A DNA stretch of 64,000 bases from Candidatus Iainarchaeum sp. (lineage in GTDB: Archaea > Iainarchaeota > Iainarchaeia > Iainarchaeales > UBA10191). Both the position numbers and the translations under genes were made by a program. Below are positions 61,511-64,000 of this stretch, one piece after another; within the stretch, counting starts at the first letter, position 1; each line of letters starts with the position of its first letter. The notes beneath the pieces were generated by a model that worked only from the letters and a program-made list of their open reading frames with translations, was not told the DNA's origin and did no database searches. The DNA lies in assembly GCA_030649735.1 (NCBI GenBank), contig JAUSFL010000023.1, positions 15,698 to 79,697 of the forward strand, written 5' to 3'.

Positions 61511-63403
61511 ATGAGTAAGATCATCGGCATCGACCTCGGGACTTCCAATTCTGCTGCTTCAGTTCTTGAAGCCGGAAAGCCGCGAATCATTCCCTCAGCC
61601 GAAGGAATGAGCCTTTATGGCAAGGCATTTCCAAGCGTTGTCGCTTTCACTAAAGACGGGCAAATGCTTGTCGGAGAGCCTGCAAAAAGGCAGGCAGTGT
61701 CAAACCCTTCAGGAACCTTCACTGCTTTCAAGAGAAAAATGGGAACTGACTTCAAATATTCCGTGAATGGAAAAGAATACAATCCCCAGCAATTAAGCGC
61801 TTTCCTTCTGCAAAAAATCAAGAAAGACGCCGAGGCTTTTTTTGGGGAAAAAGTGGAAAAGGCAGTAATCACTGTTCCCGCATACTTTGACGACAACCAA
61901 CGGCAGGCCACTAAAGACGCCGGCTTGATTGCCGGGCTTGAAGTCATTAGGATAATCAACGAGCCAACGGCAGCGGCCTTGGCTTATGGCCTTGACAAGC
62001 AGTCCAAAGAGCAAAAAATCATAGTGTTTGACCTTGGCGGTGGAACTTTAGACGTTACTGTAATGGAATTTGGCGGCGGAGTCTTTGAAGTGAAATCGAC
62101 TTCTGGAGACACTCAGTTGGGCGGAACAGACATGGATGCTTCGCTGACTGACTTTTTGGTTGCAGAATTCAAGAAAATCGAAGGCATTGACTTGAAGAAT
62201 GACAATGTTGCAATGCAGCGATTGAAGGAAGCCGCAGAGCGGGCAAAAATTGAATTGTCAACAACAGTCACCACAGAAATCAACTTGCCTTACTTGACTG
62301 CGAACGCTAGTGGCCCAAAGCATTTCACCCTATCATTGAACCGCGCAAAACTGGAAGAGATTGTAATGCCGTTGATCAAGCGCTGTGAAAAGCCTTTAAG
62401 GCAGGCATTGGCTGACGCAAAGCTTGAAGCCTCTGAAGTGGACCGCATTGTGCTTGTAGGAGGCCCTACAAGAATGCCTTCAGTGCAAAAATTCATTGAA
62501 ACCCAATTGGGAAAAATTCCTGAGCGCGGCGTAGATCCAATGGAAGCAGTCGCAATTGGAGCTGCAATTCAGGCTGGAGTTTTGGCCGGGGAAGTAAAGG
62601 ACATTTTGCTTTTGGACGTGACTCCATTAAGCCTTGGAGTTGAAACAATGGGCAGTGTTTTGACAAAGCTCATTGAAAGAAACACGACAATTCCAACGCG
62701 CAAGAGCCAGATTTTTTCAACTGCAGCCGATAACCAAACCGCGGTTGACATTCACGTTCTGCAGGGAGAAAGGCCAATGGCGCAGGACAATAAAACTCTC
62801 GGGCGGTTCCAGCTTGTCGGGCTGCCGCCAGCGCCAAGGGGCATTCCGCAAATTGAAGTCTCTTTCGACATTGACGCCAATGGAATAGTGCATGTTGCAG
62901 CAAAAGACCTTGGCACTGGAAAGACCCAAAGCATTAAAATCGTGGCTTCGCAAAAGCTTTCTGAAGATGAAATAAAAAGAATGCAAAAAGAGGCCGAAGA
63001 GCACGCCTCAGAAGACGAGAAAAGAAAGCAGGGCGCTGAAATAATAAATTCTGCAGACTCAATGGTTTACAGCACTGAAAGATTATTGAAAGACTTTGAG
63101 GGAAAAGTCTCGGCAGAAGAAATTGACGCCATTAAAAAGAAAATCGAGGAATTGAAGTTTTTGCTAAAGCCTGAAAAGAAAGATTCTGCAATAATCAAGT
63201 CAAAGTTTGAAGAGCTTCAGTCCTTGGTCCAGCAGGCCTCGACAGAGCTTTACCAAAAGGCCTCGCAAAATTCGCAGGATGCCGAGCAGCCCCAAGATTC
63301 TCAAGGCCAAGGCCAAGCGCAAGATTCTGGAAAAGGCTCAAGCTCCAGCCACGACAATGCAGTTGACGCAGACTTCAAGGTAGAAGACGACAAGAAAAAG
63401 TGA
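61511..63403 (+). CDS. dnaK: molecular chaperone DnaK (Hsp70)
   Basis: [16 protein letters not shown] (Hsp70 signature 1), [13 protein letters not shown], full ATPase and substrate-binding domains. 630 aa. Confidence 0.95.
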   Translation: MSKIIGIDLGTSNSAASVLEAGKPRIIPSAEGMSLYGKAFPSVVAFTKDGQMLVGEPAKRQAVSNPSGTFTAFKRKMGTDFKYSVNGKEYNPQQLSAFLLQKIKKDAEAFFGEKVEKAVITVPAYFDDNQRQATKDAGLIAGLEVIRIINEPTAAALAYGLDKQSKEQKIIVFDLGGGTLDVTVMEFGGGVFEVKSTSGDTQLGGTDMDASLTDFLVAEFKKIEGIDLKNDNVAMQRLKEAAERAKIELSTTVTTEINLPYLTANASGPKHFTLSLNRAKLEEIVMPLIKRCEKPLRQALADAKLEASEVDRIVLVGGPTRMPSVQKFIETQLGKIPERGVDPMEAVAIGAAIQAGVLAGEVKDILLLDVTPLSLGVETMGSVLTKLIERNTTIPTRKSQIFSTAADNQTAVDIHVLQGERPMAQDNKTLGRFQLVGLPPAPRGIPQIEVSFDIDANGIVHVAAKDLGTGKTQSIKIVASQKLSEDEIKRMQKEAEEHASEDEKRKQGAEIINSADSMVYSTERLLKDFEGKVSAEEIDAIKKKIEELKFLLKPEKKDSAIIKSKFEELQSLVQQASTELYQKASQNSQDAEQPQDSQGQGQAQDSGKGSSSSHDNAVDADFKVEDDKKK

Positions 63404-63453
63404 TTAGCTAGAATATAATTGAGAGTTCAATCAAAATGGAGGGGTGATTTTGA

Positions 63454-63882
63454 ATGGCTAAAGATTTTTATGAATTGCTTGGAGTTCCAAAAAATGCAAC
63501 AATAGGGCAAATTAAGCAAGTATACAGAAGGCTTGCGAAAAGATATCACCCCGACACTAGTAGAACCAGTGAAACTGCAGCAATTTTTAGAGAAATAAAC
63601 ACAGCGTATTCGGTACTTTTAGATCCTCAAAAACGTGCTGTCTACGACCGAAATTTGAATTTTTCGCAGGAACCGCCTCATAGGGCTAAAGAAAAGCCGA
63701 GAGATGTGGACGCAGTTGTTAGAGAAGGACTTAAAGTTGCTAGAGAAGTTTTGGAAAGAAAGAGGAGAGAGAAAGAAGCTACTAGCGCGCGCGATGAAGC
63801 ACTTATTAAAGAAGCGCTTAGGCTCGCGAAGGAACATTCAAGAAAAAAAAATTTAGGTGCTTATAAATTTAGGCCCAAATGA
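63454..63882 (+). CDS. J-domain-only protein (DnaJ-like co-chaperone fragment/paralog)
   Basis: DFYELLGVPKNAT...YRRLAKRYHPDT (HPD motif). No Gly/Phe or Cys-rich zinc-finger region. Basic C-terminus. Confidence 0.7.
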   Translation: MAKDFYELLGVPKNATIGQIKQVYRRLAKRYHPDTSRTSETAAIFREINTAYSVLLDPQKRAVYDRNLNFSQEPPHRAKEKPRDVDAVVREGLKVAREVLERKRREKEATSARDEALIKEALRLAKEHSRKKNLGAYKFRPK

Positions 63883-63923
63883 AATATTGCAGATTAAAAT
63901 AGGCAAAACTTGGAGATTGAAAA

Positions 63924-64000
63924 ATGCCAGCGCAAAAGAGAGACTATTATGAAATATTGGGGCTTCCAAAAAACTCTACTCCAGAGCAGATAAAGCAGGC
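63924..64000 (+). CDS. dnaJ: DnaJ (N-terminal J-domain start; 3' end outside window)
   Basis: MPAQKRDYYEILGLPKNSTPEQIKQA runs to the window edge. GGAG lies ~8 nt upstream. Confidence 0.6.
   Translation, partial: MPAQKRDYYEILGLPKNSTPEQIKQ

Noticed and set aside
1-64000. tRNA, rRNA and CRISPR search
   Set aside because: No intergenic segment shows GC-rich cloverleaf-capable sequence or rRNA-like conservation. The longest gaps (42229-42436, 28279-28456, 33598-33734) are AT-rich promoter-like DNA. No direct-repeat arrays were found.
1-64000. Possibility that the contig is bacterial (Tad-like pilus genes, ilvBN leader peptide, dnaK operon, HPF-like gene)
   Set aside because: Core information-processing genes are unambiguously archaeal: L7Ae, S28e, L24e, S6e, S24e, S27ae, aIF2-gamma, aIF5B, RpoE-prime/Spt4, Kae1, archaeal GluRS, and the AcnX/UbiD mevalonate route. 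The bacterial-like elements are better explained as lateral acquisitions or shared ancestry.

Overview
This AT-rich 64 kb window is archaeal and densely coding. Archaeal-specific markers include ribosomal proteins L7Ae, S28e, L24e, S6e, S24e and S27ae, aIF2-gamma, aIF5B, RNA polymerase subunit E-prime with Spt4, Kae1, and an archaeal-type GluRS. The lineage is probably uncultivated. No tRNA, rRNA or CRISPR array was recognised. The main blocks, with coordinates:
(1) 1160-13841: a non-canonical type IV filament locus. It holds five proteins with class III (prepilin-like) signal peptides, one of them a ~800-aa vWA-domain TadG-like pseudopilin. These are followed by a Lys-rich coiled-coil protein, a FlaI/TadA-family ATPase, and a split TadB/TadC-like membrane platform. 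A convergent Flp-like major pilin gene closes the block, and three RecA-superfamily FlaH/KaiC-like paralogs (one with a lost P-loop) lie just beyond it.
(2) 13838-16092: a coiled-coil protein plus a Cas4/RecB-type Fe-S nuclease.
(3) 16198-29527: a near-complete alternative archaeal mevalonate pathway gene cluster. In order: a GltD-like oxidoreductase, HMG-CoA reductase, HMG-CoA synthase, thiolase, the DUF35 scaffold, mevalonate kinase, UbiX, a UbiD-family decarboxylase, aconitase-X large and small subunits, isopentenyl phosphate kinase, a divergent wHTH regulator and type 2 IDI. The regulator-IDI intergenic region carries a palindromic repeat.
(4) A family of small basic paralogs beginning MPA(R/K)K, and a TrmB regulator.
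(5) A housekeeping and nucleotide-metabolism block: GluRS, L7Ae-S28e-L24e-NDK, dCMP deaminase, a ThyA-like enzyme with a long N-terminal extension, Tmk and aIF5B.
(6) ilvBN, preceded by a 25-codon Val/Leu-rich leader-peptide-like ORF on an apparently leaderless transcript.
(7) The conserved cluster S6e, aIF2-gamma, PIN, RpoE-prime, Spt4, S24e, S27ae.
(8) A divergent pair of secreted proteins. One is a lipoprotein built from about 14 tandem 26-aa two-cysteine repeats. The other is a ~950-aa protein with an N-terminal Kazal-type domain and six ~105-aa repeats.
(9) A grpE-dnaK-dnaJ heat-shock locus interrupted by a free-standing double-motif LAGLIDADG homing endonuclease gene.
All calls rest on motif recognition by eye; no database searches were run.
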